Shown here piece after piece: positions 33,306 through 43,883 of a DNA stretch of 64,000 nt. The DNA is from Tubiluchus corallicola (lineage: Eukaryota > Animalia > Priapulida): assembly GCA_030141605.1 (NCBI GenBank), contig JAQGDQ010002406.1, forward strand, positions 1 to 64,000, given 5' to 3'. Position numbers and translations under genes: made by a program. Each line of letters begins with the position of its first letter. Within the stretch, counting starts at the first letter, position 1. The notes below the pieces were generated by a model. The model did not search any database. It had not been told where the DNA came from and saw only the letters and a program-made list of their open reading frames with translations.

Positions 33306-34793
33306 ATGACGCAAAGTTATGCCCTTTGTATATATGATTAAGAGCGGTGTTGTCCGTTTTGCAAAAGATCTAGCAGATATCGGATTTAAGATAATATCCA
33401 CCGGAGGTACAGCCAAAGCATTGAAGGATGCCGGCGTCGATGTTATTGATATATCTGAGTTTACAGGTTTCCCCGAAATACTTGATGGCAGGGTAAAGAC
33501 CCTTCATCCCAAGGTTCACGGCGGAATTCTGAACATACGCGACAATGATGCACATGCGGATACAGTGGCAAAACATAATATAGCAAATATTGATTTAGTT
33601 GCCGTAAACCTATATCCCTTCGAAGAGACTGTGTCAAATACGGCTTCATCATTTGAGGATATTGTGGAAAATATAGATATTGGTGGTCCGTCAATGTTGC
33701 GCTCAATGGCAAAAATCACGCCTATGTCACCGTTGTAGTTAATCCTGAAGATTATCAGGGTGTGATTGATGATTAGTTCGCAAGGGTATTCGAACAGATG
33801 AGGAAGACCTTAGCAAAGCTTTTATTTTGCTTTATGATTCTGTCATCTCCCTTTGGCTCAACAAGGAGCGGGATCAGTACCTATGGTTGCCGTCCCCGGC
33901 AGAAAGAGCCAGGACATATGATATGGAGAGAATCTCTTGGACGCATCCTTTGTATGCTTCACCACTCAGTTTTGAGGTTGGGGTTTGCAAAGCGGAGCAG
34001 CTCTTGGCAAGGAGCTCTCATTTAACAACATCGTAGATATAAACGCAGGGGTGGAGCTAATAAAGGAGTTTTCAAGCCCCGCAGCAGTGATAGTAAAGCA
34101 CAACAACCCTTGTGGCACCGCATTAGGAGCAGACATTGAGGAAGCTTATGACAAGGCTTATCTTTGCGATACGGTGAGCGCTTTTGGAGGGGTTGTTTTT
34201 GTCAATGATGTGATTGAAGAACCTTTGGCGATAAAGTTGTCCTCTATATTTTTGGAAGTCGTTGTAGCGCCAGGCTTTAGCGAGGGTGCCTTGGAGTTGT
34301 TCCGAGAAAACATCACTTTGATGAGCTTGATGGGCTAAAGACTCGCACAGAGACGACTGAATATGACGTTAGAGGTCACCGGCAGTTTTCTTATTATCCA
34401 GCAGGGATCTTCTCACCAATGAAGGTGTTCACACTTGCCCACGGTTTGCAAACCTGATGAAGGTGAGCTCAGAGACCTTCTGTTTGCCTGAAATTTCAAA
34501 ACATGTAAGTCAAACGCCATAGTGTACGTCAAAGATTTAGCAACCATAGGCGTAGGCGCCGGTCAGATGAGCAGGGTTGTCGTCAAAATTGGGCGCTCAA
34601 GGCTGCCGGGCCTCTTGATGGTGCTGTCATGGTGATCATTCCCGTTTGAGAGGCAATGGATGGAGGCGGCTGCTAAGGGATCAGAGGCTATCATTCAGCC
34701 GGTGGTTCCATAGGGGATGATGAGGATTGTTCAGGCTGCGAATGAAGCAAATATCAGCATGTTATGCACTTCAGTTCGCTCTTCAAACATTAA
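33306..34793 (+). CDS. purH: AICAR transformylase/IMP cyclohydrolase, broken by many indels
   Basis: Fragments [57 protein letters not shown] and IIQP in shifting frames. Could be assembly damage or a pseudogene. Confidence 0.8.
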
Positions 34794-34822
34794 CCCAATT
34801 TTTTTTTGGAGAATATTTAACG

Positions 34823-36083
34823 ATGAAAAAAGTTTTAGTAATAGGTTCTGGAGGCAGAGAACACGCGCTTTGTTGGAAAATATCTGAAAACCCCGATGTA
34901 AAGAAGATATACGCAGCACCTGGCAACGGCGGGACAAGCTTAGAAGATAAAGTGGAAAATGTGCCTATAAAATCGGATGATATCGAATCTCTACTCGATT
35001 TTGCCATCAACAACTCGATAGACTTTACGGTGGTTGGCCCTGAAAACCCATTGGTATCGGGCATTGTAGATCTTTTTGAATCCCACAATCTCCGCATATT
35101 CAGGCTTATTAAGATGCTGCAAAACTGGAAGGCAGCAAATCTTCAAAAGAGATAATGAAGAGCGCAAATATCCCGGCAGAATATGTGAGTTTACGGTTAT
35201 GCTGACGCTTTGAGCTATGTGAGAAAAGGCGCTCGCTCGTGATCAAGGCAGACGGTCTTGCAGCCGGCAAGGGCGTTGCCGTCGTCTCTTGACATGTCCT
35301 TTGCATTTCAGCGAAAAGTATTGTTGACAGGCTTTTTGCGATGCTGGCAATAAGGTTGTTATTGAAGAGTATTTGGTTGGAGAGGAGGCATCGTTTTTGT
35401 GCTTTACCGATGGAGAAACCATAGTTCCGATGCTGGCATCCCAGGATCACAAAGCGATAGGCAACGGAGATGTCGGAGCAAATACCGGCGGCATGGGAGC
35501 TTATACCCCTGCCCCCATACTACCTGAAAGACTACAGGAAAAGGCTCTCAATACTGTTGCAAAACCGTTGATCAAAGAACTAAAGAGAAGAGGCATAACA
35601 TACAAGGGGATAATATACGCAGGACTCATGATATCAAAAAATGACGATATAGATGTTCTGGAGTTTAACTGCAGATTTGGAGATCCTGAAGCTCAACCTC
35701 TGCTCATGTGCATTGAAACAGACCTCTTGTCCATAATGGAGGCTTGTTCCAGCGGCAACTTGCACGATATTGACATATCATGGAGAGATGGGAGCAGCGT
35801 ATGCGTCGTCCTCGCATCCGGCGGATACCCCGGAAGTTACAAAAATGGTTACGAAATTCTTGGCGCAGACTATGGGGACAAAGACCTAAAGGTGTTCCAC
35901 GCAGGCACCAAGCTAGATGATGGGAAGCTGGTAACCGATGGAGGAAGGGTTTTGGGTATCACTTCATTTGACAAAGACTTAAAGAAAGCGATAGAAAAAG
36001 CCTACGAAGCTTGCAAAAACATCAGCTTCGAAGGGGCATACAGAAGAGATGACATAGGTCAAAAAGCTTTAGGAGGAGAATAG
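34823..36083 (+). CDS. purD: Phosphoribosylamine--glycine ligase, frameshifted around 35100-35370
   Basis: VLVIGSGGREHAL, VVGPE, KADGLAAGKGV, QDHK..GD.G.NTGGMG, EFNCRFGDPE and GGRVL motifs. Confidence 0.9.
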
Positions 36084-36581
36084 ATGCCATCAGTTGGAAT
36101 AATTATGGGCAGCAAGTCTGATTATGATATTGTGAAACCTGCTTTGGATATACTCAGCAGTTTTGGTGTAGAGCATGAAGTTATTGTGGCAAGTGCCCAT
36201 AGGACGCCTGCACGCACTTCAAAGTGGTCCAGAGAAGCTGACCAGAGGGGAGTAAAAGCGATCATAGCTTATGCCGGAGCGGCTGCTCATTTAGCTGGCG
36301 TTGTCGCGTCAGAGACAAATGTCCCGGTCATAGCCGTACCCGTTGCAGCTACAGCGCTAAATGGTGTCGATGCTCTATATTCAATGGTGCAAATGCCCGG
36401 CGGCATACCGGTCGCGTGCATGGCGATAGGTACAGCAGGTTCTAAAAATGCTGCCCTGTTTGCGTGTCAAATATTGGCACTGTCTGATGATTCTATGAAA
36501 GAGAAGCTGCACCAGTACCGTATTGACATGGAAGCTAAGGTTATCGCGGATAACGATGATCTGCAAAGTGCACTGAAGTAA
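36084..36581 (+). CDS. purE: N5-carboxyaminoimidazole ribonucleotide mutase
   Basis: IIMGSKSD, SAHRTP, AGAAAHLAG and SMVQMPGGIPVA motifs. Confidence 0.96.
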   Translation: MPSVGIIMGSKSDYDIVKPALDILSSFGVEHEVIVASAHRTPARTSKWSREADQRGVKAIIAYAGAAAHLAGVVASETNVPVIAVPVAATALNGVDALYSMVQMPGGIPVACMAIGTAGSKNAALFACQILALSDDSMKEKLHQYRIDMEAKVIADNDDLQSALK

Positions 36582-36615
36582 TCTTCCACTCTCTTTTAAA
36601 GGGGTTGCGTAAAAT

Positions 36616-37182
36616 ATGAAGAAGATCTTGCAGGCGTCTATGGACAGCTTTGATCATTGCGTGGATATATCTGCAAAGGAGGGAAAGCCCTTCATAATGC
36701 CCACGGACACCATATATGGTCTTTGTGCTCCGATATCATCTATTGAAGCAAATCGGGAGATATACAGAATTAAGAAACGGAGTCCTGATATCCCTTTTCC
36801 GTTGCTAATAGGTTCATATGAGCAGCTGCACAGCCTTGTAGATCAAACATTGTCTGAAGAGATGAAGTCATTTGTGGAATATGCATGGCAGCACCCTACT
36901 ACCGTGGTGTTTAGGGCAAATGGCGGAGTTGACCCGCTATTTACCTACAACAATACAATTGCCTTGCGAATGGTAAAGAACGGATGGTTAAAAGACGCCC
37001 TAAAAATATCCCCCATAAGTGCAACAAGCGCAAATATTTCATCTTGTGATTATGTAGATGATTTCTTCACAATATTCAAAATATTTGATATAGAGCTCTT
37101 CCTGTTTGACAAAAGAAGAACAAACACTCAACCCTCCACGATAGTAGACATCTCAACAGGAGCAATCAAGCTTCTCCGCTAG
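36616..37182 (+). CDS. tsaC: L-threonylcarbamoyladenylate synthase (Sua5/YrdC/TsaC family)
   Basis: PTDTIYGL, IKKR, TSANIS and PSTIVD motifs. Confidence 0.85.
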   Translation: MKKILQASMDSFDHCVDISAKEGKPFIMPTDTIYGLCAPISSIEANREIYRIKKRSPDIPFPLLIGSYEQLHSLVDQTLSEEMKSFVEYAWQHPTTVVFRANGGVDPLFTYNNTIALRMVKNGWLKDALKISPISATSANISSCDYVDDFFTIFKIFDIELFLFDKRRTNTQPSTIVDISTGAIKLLR

Positions 37183-37280
37183 TGGTGTGGTGAAATCTGC
37201 CTTTTGCAAAACACTTATAGACGTCCAGACAGATGCCACATCCGTAAAAGACCACAGTTTCAAGAAAAAATCAGACACAA

Positions 37281-38162
37281 CTAAAGGTGAAAGGACGCAA
37301 CACTCCACTTTGGTATAGCCACCCTCAGAGTAATGAACGGATTGACTATCTGACTAACTTCAAGATCGCAAACAATGCCCACATACCGATAAGCGTCTTC
37401 AAATCCCAACTTATGGGAAGACTGTATCAGCTCCACAGCATAACTCAGTCCCTTTTTGCAAGCTGTGGGCAAATCTTTTTCACTGGTAATAATCTTGTAG
37501 TGTGTCGGAGTTTCCACGATGGGCATCTTTATCTTCTGTTTTGACAACTCTACCTGCAAAACTACCCTTCCGCCTATTCCCACACCAGTACCGCAGAGCT
37601 CCCCGTCGCCCATGGCAGCCTGTAGATCTCCGACGGCAATATTTGCTCCGTCCACAAGCAAATGCACGTGATTGCCCGCCCTAATATCCCTGGCACCCAT
37701 ATTTCCACCGTGATCACCCGGTATATCGCATTTTACAACACCTTGGGAAGTTGAAACACCAATGATCCCCACCATGGATGAAACGGGCAACTTTATCGCA
37801 TCGTTAAAAGTTATCACATCGTCCCTAACGGGCAATATCTTTGTGCTGACCTCCGATATTCTGTCTCCCAAAAGCCCAAGGTTTGGAGAGCAGACCATAA
37901 TACCCCGCTCTTCAAGTTCTATATCTAAGATGGAGATTTTAATGGAATCCCCAGCATTGACAGAGTTCACCATGATAGGGCCCGTTGCGGCATTCAGAAT
38001 AGTTGCATCTACACTGTCACTCAGATCTTCCTCAGAAGCGATCTGATCGGAATAGCGCTCCACAGTGGAGACACTGAATATCTCCCCAAGTTCCACAGTC
38101 TCCACGGGTTCATTCTCGGGTGAAAATGCATATATTACATTATCTGACGCTATATCTCTCAC
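37281..38162 (-). CDS. Acetamidase/formamidase family protein
   Basis: NAATGPI, PGDHGGNM and GDLQAAMGDGELCGTG motifs. GTG start inferred from homology pattern and RBS. Confidence 0.85.
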   Translation of the reverse strand: MRDIASDNVIYAFSPENEPVETVELGEIFSVSTVERYSDQIASEEDLSDSVDATILNAATGPIMVNSVNAGDSIKISILDIELEERGIMVCSPNLGLLGDRISEVSTKILPVRDDVITFNDAIKLPVSSMVGIIGVSTSQGVVKCDIPGDHGGNMGARDIRAGNHVHLLVDGANIAVGDLQAAMGDGELCGTGVGIGGRVVLQVELSKQKIKMPIVETPTHYKIITSEKDLPTACKKGLSYAVELIQSSHKLGFEDAYRYVGIVCDLEVSQIVNPFITLRVAIPKWSVASFHL

Positions 38163-38512
38163 AAAGACACCACCGCTTGCAGGAAGCAACGCCCTATTCT
38201 TGCTGAGCATCGCACAAATCATCCAATATTTTAAGCCGTTGTTTAGCGTAACAAACAATCTTATAAATGTAAATAGCCTTATCAGATCTTGAAAGAACTG
38301 AGCTTTTCAAGCAAACTATCGATGGGCCAGCACACAATATAGCGGTAGAAATGCGTGAAACTCACAATAAAATAGATCATGAAAAATATCAGTATGAAAT
38401 CAGCTTATAAACGGAAGCAATGAAATATCTTGCAAATTGTGTAAAAATCCTTTATCCTTTGATGGAGTTATGTAACGATTGGTTTGTAGCGTTTTTCTAG
38501 GAGATTATAATT

Positions 38513-38881
38513 ATGAGGAAATTAATATTTTTAGCGTTTGCACTGTCTGTGTTTACCGTTATGGCTTTTGCTGTGGATAACGAGGGTGATGAGTTCATCG
38601 ACTTGAAGAAGACATGGAATGTCGAAGGGAAGCAAAAGAGTACCATATTTTCCCACTGGGCGCATCAGGATCACCTGGAGGGGGACTGTGAAACATGCCA
38701 CACAAGTATGGATGATTTAACCAAGTTAAAGGATCTGACTACGGGCACAGAACTAGATACATCTGTGATCAAAGGGACAAAGAATGTTGCTCACGATTCG
38801 TTCTGTTGGTCTTGTCATTCTGATAAGAAAGTGAGTATCGGTAAAAACTGCAATAAGTGCCATGTAGGCTCGAAAGAATAA
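38513..38881 (+). CDS. Periplasmic triheme cytochrome c (c3/c7 type)
   Basis: Signal peptide, three CxxCH motifs (CETCH, CWSCH, CNKCH) and distal His in FSHWAH and VAHDSFC. Confidence 0.88.
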   Translation: MRKLIFLAFALSVFTVMAFAVDNEGDEFIDLKKTWNVEGKQKSTIFSHWAHQDHLEGDCETCHTSMDDLTKLKDLTTGTELDTSVIKGTKNVAHDSFCWSCHSDKKVSIGKNCNKCHVGSKE

Positions 38882-38883
38882 TT

Positions 38884-38916
38884 ATAAAGCAGCTTTTACA
38901 AGCTGCTTTATTTTTT
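38884..38916 (+). terminator. Intrinsic terminator
   Basis: ATAAAGCAGCTT-ttac-AAGCTGCTTTAT followed by a T-run, right after the cytochrome stop. Confidence 0.85.
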
Positions 38917-39008
38917 GCACACTTTCAAAAGGTCAGTCTCCCGTTAGACTGCACAAGTTATCAAGTTAATACATTTTTCATATATTACCACCAAGCAGGA
39001 GGGCTATC

Positions 39009-40439
39009 ATGCTTCAAGTTTATAACAGTCTGAGCGGTAAGAAGGAAACATTTACACCCATTGAGCAAAACGCGGTCAAGATGTATGTCTGCGGCATTAC
39101 GGCGTACGATTATTGTCATGCGGGGCATGGACGGAGCAGTGTTGCTTTTGATGTTATAAGGAGATATTTGATACACTCAGGGTATGATGTGCTCTTTGTG
39201 AAAAACTTCACAGACATAGATGATAAAATAATTGATCGGGCAAAGGAGCTCAACGTATCTTGTACAGAACTCACGGACAGATTTATTGACGAGCATGACG
39301 CGGATATGGAGATGCTAAACGTCATGTCTCCCAATGAAATCCCAAAAGCAACGGAATACATAGAAGAGATGATCGAGTTTGTAGCAAAGCTGATAAAGAA
39401 GGGTCACGCTTACGTTTCAAATAATGATGTGTATTATGACGTAACGAGCTTTGCAGATTATGGCAAGCTCTCTAAGAGGAATGTGGACGACATGGTTGCA
39501 GGAGCAAGGGTTGAGATCAATGACAACAAACGCAACCCTATGGATTTTGTTCTGTGGAAAGCATCAAAAGATGGCGAGCCCTCTTGGGAAAGCCCCTGGG
39601 GCAATGGTCGACCCGGGTGGCACATTGAGTGTAGCGCCATGAGTGTAAAGCTTCTGGGAGAAACCTTTGACATTCATGGTGGAGGCGTTGATCTTGTGTT
39701 TCCCCATCATGAGAATGAGATAGCACAATCTGAAGCCCTGCACGAAAAAGCATTTGCAAACTACTGGATACACAACGGCTTTTTGGTGACCGACTCCACC
39801 AAGATGTCAAAATCTTTGGGCAATTTCTTCACCCTGAGGGATATTTTGTCTCAATTTCATCCGGAAGTTATCCGTTATTACTTCACAACCACACACTACA
39901 GACAACCACTTGAGTTCTCTTTTGACAGGATTATGGAAGCTGAAACCGCACTGGAAAGGATATATAACTACCTTTACGAACTAGGTCTTGCAAGCGGCAC
40001 AAAAGGAAAAGATCAAACAGATACAGTCAAAGAGATGCTGGACACCTTTAAGGGACGGTTCAAGAGCTCCATGGATGATGACTTTAACACTCCTATGTCC
40101 CTTGGGGCGTTGTTTGAGTTTATCAGAAAGGGGAACACTATACTCAGCGAAAAACCTGATGAAAGCACCCTCACTGCGTTGCGTTCCGCATCCGGTGAGG
40201 TGATAGGTGTAATTAAGGATGTTTTTGGCGTCGTCAACCTGTCGCCTGCGGAGTATTACGATTCAAATCTCACCATGGAAAAAGAGGAATTGACAAAACT
40301 GATCTCCGAACGGGATGAAGCAAGGCACAGCAAAGACTTTGCAAAGTCGGATGCCATAAGGGACAAGCTCGGCAACCTTGGGATAGAGTTAAAAGACACG
40401 GCAGATGGGACAAGATACAGCGTTAAAAGAATACGCTAA
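39009..40439 (+). CDS. cysS: Cysteinyl-tRNA synthetase
   Basis: MYVCG, HAGH, DFVLWK, GRPGWHIECSAM, HGGG.DL.FPHHENE and KMSKS motifs. Confidence 0.97.
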   Translation: MLQVYNSLSGKKETFTPIEQNAVKMYVCGITAYDYCHAGHGRSSVAFDVIRRYLIHSGYDVLFVKNFTDIDDKIIDRAKELNVSCTELTDRFIDEHDADMEMLNVMSPNEIPKATEYIEEMIEFVAKLIKKGHAYVSNNDVYYDVTSFADYGKLSKRNVDDMVAGARVEINDNKRNPMDFVLWKASKDGEPSWESPWGNGRPGWHIECSAMSVKLLGETFDIHGGGVDLVFPHHENEIAQSEALHEKAFANYWIHNGFLVTDSTKMSKSLGNFFTLRDILSQFHPEVIRYYFTTTHYRQPLEFSFDRIMEAETALERIYNYLYELGLASGTKGKDQTDTVKEMLDTFKGRFKSSMDDDFNTPMSLGALFEFIRKGNTILSEKPDESTLTALRSASGEVIGVIKDVFGVVNLSPAEYYDSNLTMEKEELTKLISERDEARHSKDFAKSDAIRDKLGNLGIELKDTADGTRYSVKRIR

Positions 40440-40579
40440 CACTTAATGACAAATCTTGAAATAGGCAGCATGTGCTGTCTATTTCAGGGTTCTTTGCACA
40501 AAGCCACTATGAACAACGTGTCCCAAGCATACTTGCTATAGCGCAATCGGTCTCATCACATGACACTAATCACATAATA

Positions 40580-40924
40580 TTACAGCTTTCCGCAATCATA
40601 ATAATAGCCGCTAAAAGCGTACTTTATCAATGGATCTCCGCCCACTTCTTTAACCAGGGTAGTATATATTTTTTCCTCCCAGATCTCGACACCATTTACA
40701 ACGACGGTATCCGCGCCCATTTTCCCCGCATCATTTCTCAGCAAATCACGGGCTTCCTCCTCAGACCTTGCTGGATATGCTCTGTCCTCATTAATGGGCC
40801 CCAACTCAACACAACCTTCAGGTTTTTCATCCAAAACCGTAACTAGTTCTCCCAACGGAGTCAGCTCCTTGTTAGCGCAACCAAGCATGACAAAAACTGC
40901 CAACAACATCACTATTCTAACCAT
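40580..40924 (-). CDS. Small lipoprotein (DUF4156-like)
   Basis: Lipobox MLGC, then LTPLGELV..PEGCVELG and LRNDAGKMGADTVV. GGAGG RBS. Confidence 0.7.
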   Translation of the reverse strand: MVRIVMLLAVFVMLGCANKELTPLGELVTVLDEKPEGCVELGPINEDRAYPARSEEEARDLLRNDAGKMGADTVVVNGVEIWEEKIYTTLVKEVGGDPLIKYAFSGYYYDCGKL

Positions 40925-41032
40925 ATTATCAAACCTCCTTATCCTCGATAAATGATAACAATATGGTACCAATAGCGCCAAAGCAAGGCAAGACAAAAAG
41001 GTCTGAGTAGGGTTTTATAAGGTTAGAAAATC

Positions 41033-41060
41033 TTGACAAATTTGATTTAAGGCGTACACT
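41033..41060 (+). promoter_or_regulatory. Putative sigma70 promoter of feoA
   Basis: TTGACA-16 nt-TACACT. Confidence 0.55.
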
Positions 41061-41095
41061 GCCCTACTAGACGTGTAAATATTTGGAGAAGTTTT

Positions 41096-41335
41096 ATGTT
41101 ACTTGCATTGAGAAAGATGAAGATAGATCAGAAAGGAATAATAAAGGAGATATTGAGCAGCGAAAATGGCGCTAGCTTGAACATAAAAGAGATGGGGTTC
41201 ATCCCCGGTAAAGAGATACAGGTTAGAGGGCGAGCTCCACTACAGGATCCGGTTGCTGTGAAGATAGATGGCAATGTCTTAACCCTTCGCAACAAAGAAG
41301 CCGACTGCATTTTAGTGGAAGTTGACCAGAGCTGA
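41096..41335 (+). CDS. feoA: Ferrous iron transport protein A
   Basis: EMGFIPG...RAPLQDPVAVKI..LTLR motif, upstream of feoB. Confidence 0.92.
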   Translation: MLLALRKMKIDQKGIIKEILSSENGASLNIKEMGFIPGKEIQVRGRAPLQDPVAVKIDGNVLTLRNKEADCILVEVDQS

Positions 41336-41650
41336 AGGTGTCTCTTCGGGCATACTGTGGATTTTACCCACTTATAATATCACTTTGGATTGTAACTTTT
41401 CGACACTTTACACTTTAAGCGGTCGCGGTGTTGTCCTCGGGAGCATTCGGTTTTTGCGGGGCGATGTTGTCAAGCGGGGGTAGCTGTGTGTTGCCCTTAT
41501 TTTGAGCTGCTTAAGTTTGCTGCAGGGCGCTTTCTTCGGAAAGAGCGGCCGTGCTAGAGTCTTTTTTAAACACTTCCCGGTAATAATCACGTCACTACAA
41601 TATTACTACACATGTGCTACTTTACAGCTCATGAACTTGGAGTGTATTTT

Positions 41651-43858
41651 ATGAATGAGAAAACGATTGCGATAGCGGGCAATCCAAATGTCGGCAAGAC
41701 CACCGTGTTCAACATGTTGACCGGCTCTAGATACAAGGTGGCGAACTACCCCGGCGTAACTGTTGAAAAGAAGGTCGGAAACGTGAGACTGCGTGACAAA
41801 AAGGTTACCGTAGTGGATCTGCCCGGCACCTATACATTGAGTCCCCAATCCATGGACGAGGTCATTGCGCGCAACTACATAGTTGAAGAAAAACCGGAAG
41901 CGGTAATCGATGTGATGGATGCTTCCAACCTAAGCCGCAATCTGTACCTGGCAGTTCAGATGCGTGAAATGGGGGTCAATCTCCTTATCGCTCTCAATAT
42001 GGCGGATGTGGCTGAAAGTCTTGGACTAAAGATAGACACGGATCTTCTCGGCAAATATCTTGGGGCGTCGGTAGTTACAACCGTTGCCAGAGATAATGAT
42101 GGCTTAGATGCGCTAAAGGATGCAATAGACGAAAAGTTGCAAGGAGAAGCCCCATCTTCCGCATTATCCATATCGTATGGTGCCGATGTGGATACGGCAA
42201 AGCTCAAGATGACCGACCTAATAGAGACCGAGAGCAGCCTATTGGAAAAATATTCTGCCCCTTGGATCGCTCTGAAATACCTAGAACAAGATGAATCCAT
42301 CATGAACGAAGGGAGTGCAGACCCGGAACTTCACAAAAAGCTCATAAAGATCACGGGAAAGCTCAACTCAAGACTGAAGGGTTGCGCCGGTTGCAACAGC
42401 GCCTCCGAAGTCATAGCAGAGCACAGATACAAATATATTTCGGACGTCCTTGCAAAGTGTGTGCAGAAAGAAGATAGCCAGGCGAAGAAATTTATCACTG
42501 ACAAGATAGATCTCTTTCTTACCAACAAGATTTTTGGCCCCGTATTTATGCTTTTAGTTTTGTGGGGGGTATATCAATTCACATTTTGGGCCAGCGAGTT
42601 CCCTGTTTTAGCCCTTGAGTATGGCATAGAGTTTTTGGGTGATGCTGTGTCAAATGTCCTTGGAGAAGGGCTTTTGCAGTCCCTCATAGTATCCGGCATC
42701 ATCGACGGTGTTGGGGCGGTGATCGGTTTTGTGCCGCTAATACTCTTTATGTTTGCAGCCATCACCGTTTTAGAAGACAGCGGATATATGTCCAGGATAT
42801 CGTATATGACCGATAAAATTTTCAGCACATTCAAGCTTCAGGGAAATTCTGCGGTGTCCTTCATAGTGTCTGGAGGTATTGCGGGCGGTTGTGCCGTTCC
42901 CGGTATAATGGCTGCAAGATCCATCAAGGGAGAGAAAGAACGTCTTCTCACAATACTGACAGCCCCCTTCATGCCTTGTGGGGCAAAGTTGCCCGTCTAT
43001 GCTCTGCTAATCAATGCATTTTTCAGCAGTCACAAAGGGTTTTACATGATGTTAATCACCATATTGAGCTGGAGCATCGCCCTGATGGTGGCATTTATGC
43101 TCGGCGCATTCGTCAAGAGTGACAAAGATGTGCACTATATTTCGGAACTCCCCCTATATCGCTTGCCTACCATCAAGAGCATAGCTGTAAACTCTTGGGA
43201 AAGATGTTGGATGTACATCAAAAAAGCCGGGACAGTGATACTATTCGTCTCGATTGTATTGTGGGTACTCCTGTCATTTCCATCTTTGAGCGAGGATGAG
43301 ACCATCCGGTTTGACTTGGAAAGAGTTGAAATATTGGGCAAATACACTCCCGAGATAGTGAATGGGGTTTTGTCAGAAGATGAAAACCTACCAGAGAATG
43401 CCGGTGCACTACAGCAAGAGTTGTCCAACCTGGAAGCTCAAATTCTTGCAGAAAAGATGAAGCGTTCCGCAGCCGGCAGAGTGGGCACATTTGTGGAACC
43501 TGTCACGCAATATGCAGGATTTGACTGGCGTACAAACATCGCCCTGATCGCAGGAATAGCTGCAAAAGAGGTGATCATATCCACCTTAGGTACCACATAT
43601 TCCATGGGTGAGATCGATGACGTTGAAAGCGAGAGCGAGACGAGAACGCTGAGGACAAGATTGCAACAAGACCCCGGCTGGAGCAAAGCCACAGCACTGT
43701 CCATACTGATATTCACAATGCTGTATTCACCATGTTTTGTCGCAGTAACCATGATATTCAGAGAGACGCGTTCCCTATTCTGGGCAGTGTTTACTGTGAT
43801 AGGCTACACAGCTATTGCCCTTTTCGTTTCAACAATTGTGTATCAGCTGTTGTCTTAA
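41651..43858 (+). CDS. feoB: Ferrous iron transport protein B
   Basis: GNPNVGKT, NYPGVTVE, DLPGTY, NMAD, PFMPCGAKLP and AKEVII motifs. Confidence 0.96.
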   Translation: MNEKTIAIAGNPNVGKTTVFNMLTGSRYKVANYPGVTVEKKVGNVRLRDKKVTVVDLPGTYTLSPQSMDEVIARNYIVEEKPEAVIDVMDASNLSRNLYLAVQMREMGVNLLIALNMADVAESLGLKIDTDLLGKYLGASVVTTVARDNDGLDALKDAIDEKLQGEAPSSALSISYGADVDTAKLKMTDLIETESSLLEKYSAPWIALKYLEQDESIMNEGSADPELHKKLIKITGKLNSRLKGCAGCNSASEVIAEHRYKYISDVLAKCVQKEDSQAKKFITDKIDLFLTNKIFGPVFMLLVLWGVYQFTFWASEFPVLALEYGIEFLGDAVSNVLGEGLLQSLIVSGIIDGVGAVIGFVPLILFMFAAITVLEDSGYMSRISYMTDKIFSTFKLQGNSAVSFIVSGGIAGGCAVPGIMAARSIKGEKERLLTILTAPFMPCGAKLPVYALLINAFFSSHKGFYMMLITILSWSIALMVAFMLGAFVKSDKDVHYISELPLYRLPTIKSIAVNSWERCWMYIKKAGTVILFVSIVLWVLLSFPSLSEDETIRFDLERVEILGKYTPEIVNGVLSEDENLPENAGALQQELSNLEAQILAEKMKRSAAGRVGTFVEPVTQYAGFDWRTNIALIAGIAAKEVIISTLGTTYSMGEIDDVESESETRTLRTRLQQDPGWSKATALSILIFTMLYSPCFVAVTMIFRETRSLFWAVFTVIGYTAIALFVSTIVYQLLS

Positions 43859-43883
43859 GAAAAAAATATAAAGGTGGTGTCAC

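Noticed and set aside
40945-40970. Fur box upstream of feoA
   Set aside because: Only about half of the 19-bp consensus matches (AATGATAA half-site), too weak in AT-rich DNA.
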